This document shows, in pieces, positions 55,834 to 55,875 of a stretch of 55,875 bases of DNA (position 1 is its first letter; each line of letters starts with the position of its first letter). Source of the DNA: Desulfurococcales archaeon (GTDB lineage: Archaea > Thermoproteota > Thermoprotei_A > Sulfolobales > NBVN01); contig JALWQN010000084.1 in NCBI GenBank assembly GCA_027083115.1, positions 1-55,875 of the forward strand. Reading direction: 5' to 3'. The translations under genes were made by a program, and so were the position numbers. Under the pieces are notes generated by a model. The model searched no databases, was not told the DNA's origin, and saw only the letters and a list, made by a program, of their open reading frames with translations.

Positions 55834-55875
55834 CATGCTTTAAACTCTAAAACCATCCTAAGGCACTTTCTCAAA

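Noticed and set aside
1-55875. CRISPR arrays, rRNA genes, integrases or prophage, and defence islands
   Set aside because: I saw no regularly spaced direct repeats, no rRNA-like GC-rich structured segments and no integrase, cas or restriction-modification signatures. Nearly every gap larger than 100 bp is accounted for by promoters, the two sRNAs, the tRNAs or the tnpB remnant.

Overview
This window is a gene-dense core-chromosome region of a hyperthermophilic crenarchaeon (Thermoproteota). It is about 40% GC by eye, and I cannot assign a genus from the sequence alone. The lineage call rests on reverse gyrase, a group II chaperonin (thermosome), crenarchaeal RNA polymerase subunit Rpo8, two Alba paralogues, archaeal-type SAM synthetase, archaeosine tRNA-guanine transglycosylase and intron-containing tRNAs. 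Most genes are informational housekeeping genes. They include translation and ribosome biogenesis genes (L44e-S27e-aIF2alpha-Nop10 operon, S26e, ProRS, Rio2, KsgA/Dim1, Fap7, DRG and HflX GTPases, FAU-1), RNA chaperones (three Sm-fold genes, Alba1 and Alba2), proteasome partners (PAN, PAC2) and DNA transactions (reverse gyrase, XPB, TIP49/RuvBL, RNase HII, Ogt, HerA-like ATPase). There is also an overlapping operon for the archaeal modified mevalonate pathway (UbiD-type decarboxylase plus AcnX large and small subunits). RNA genes: tRNA-Leu(CAG) and tRNA-Asp(GUC), each with a short intron at the canonical site, and two canonical C/D box sRNAs that I found in intergenic gaps on the minus strand. 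The only mobile DNA is a decayed IS200/IS605-type tnpB pseudogene with a small RHH ORF, lying between the ribosomal-protein operon and rps26e. I saw no CRISPR array, rRNA or obvious defence island. The most unusual observations are: (1) a textbook -1 slippery heptamer (A AAT TTT) in the 28-nt overlap between a 102-aa ORF and a HerA/DUF87 ATPase ORF; (2) two or three genes whose conserved N-terminus lies upstream of the first canonical start and begins with ATA or ATT at the position set by a very regular GGTG-N6-7 Shine-Dalgarno rule; (3) a tandem Hfq/Sm-like two-domain protein; (4) a PP-loop ATPase paralogue that has lost its SGGxDS motif; (5) a TFS/RpoM-like zinc-ribbon protein lacking the catalytic C-terminal ribbon. 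All homology calls are motif recognition by eye, and none has been checked against a database.
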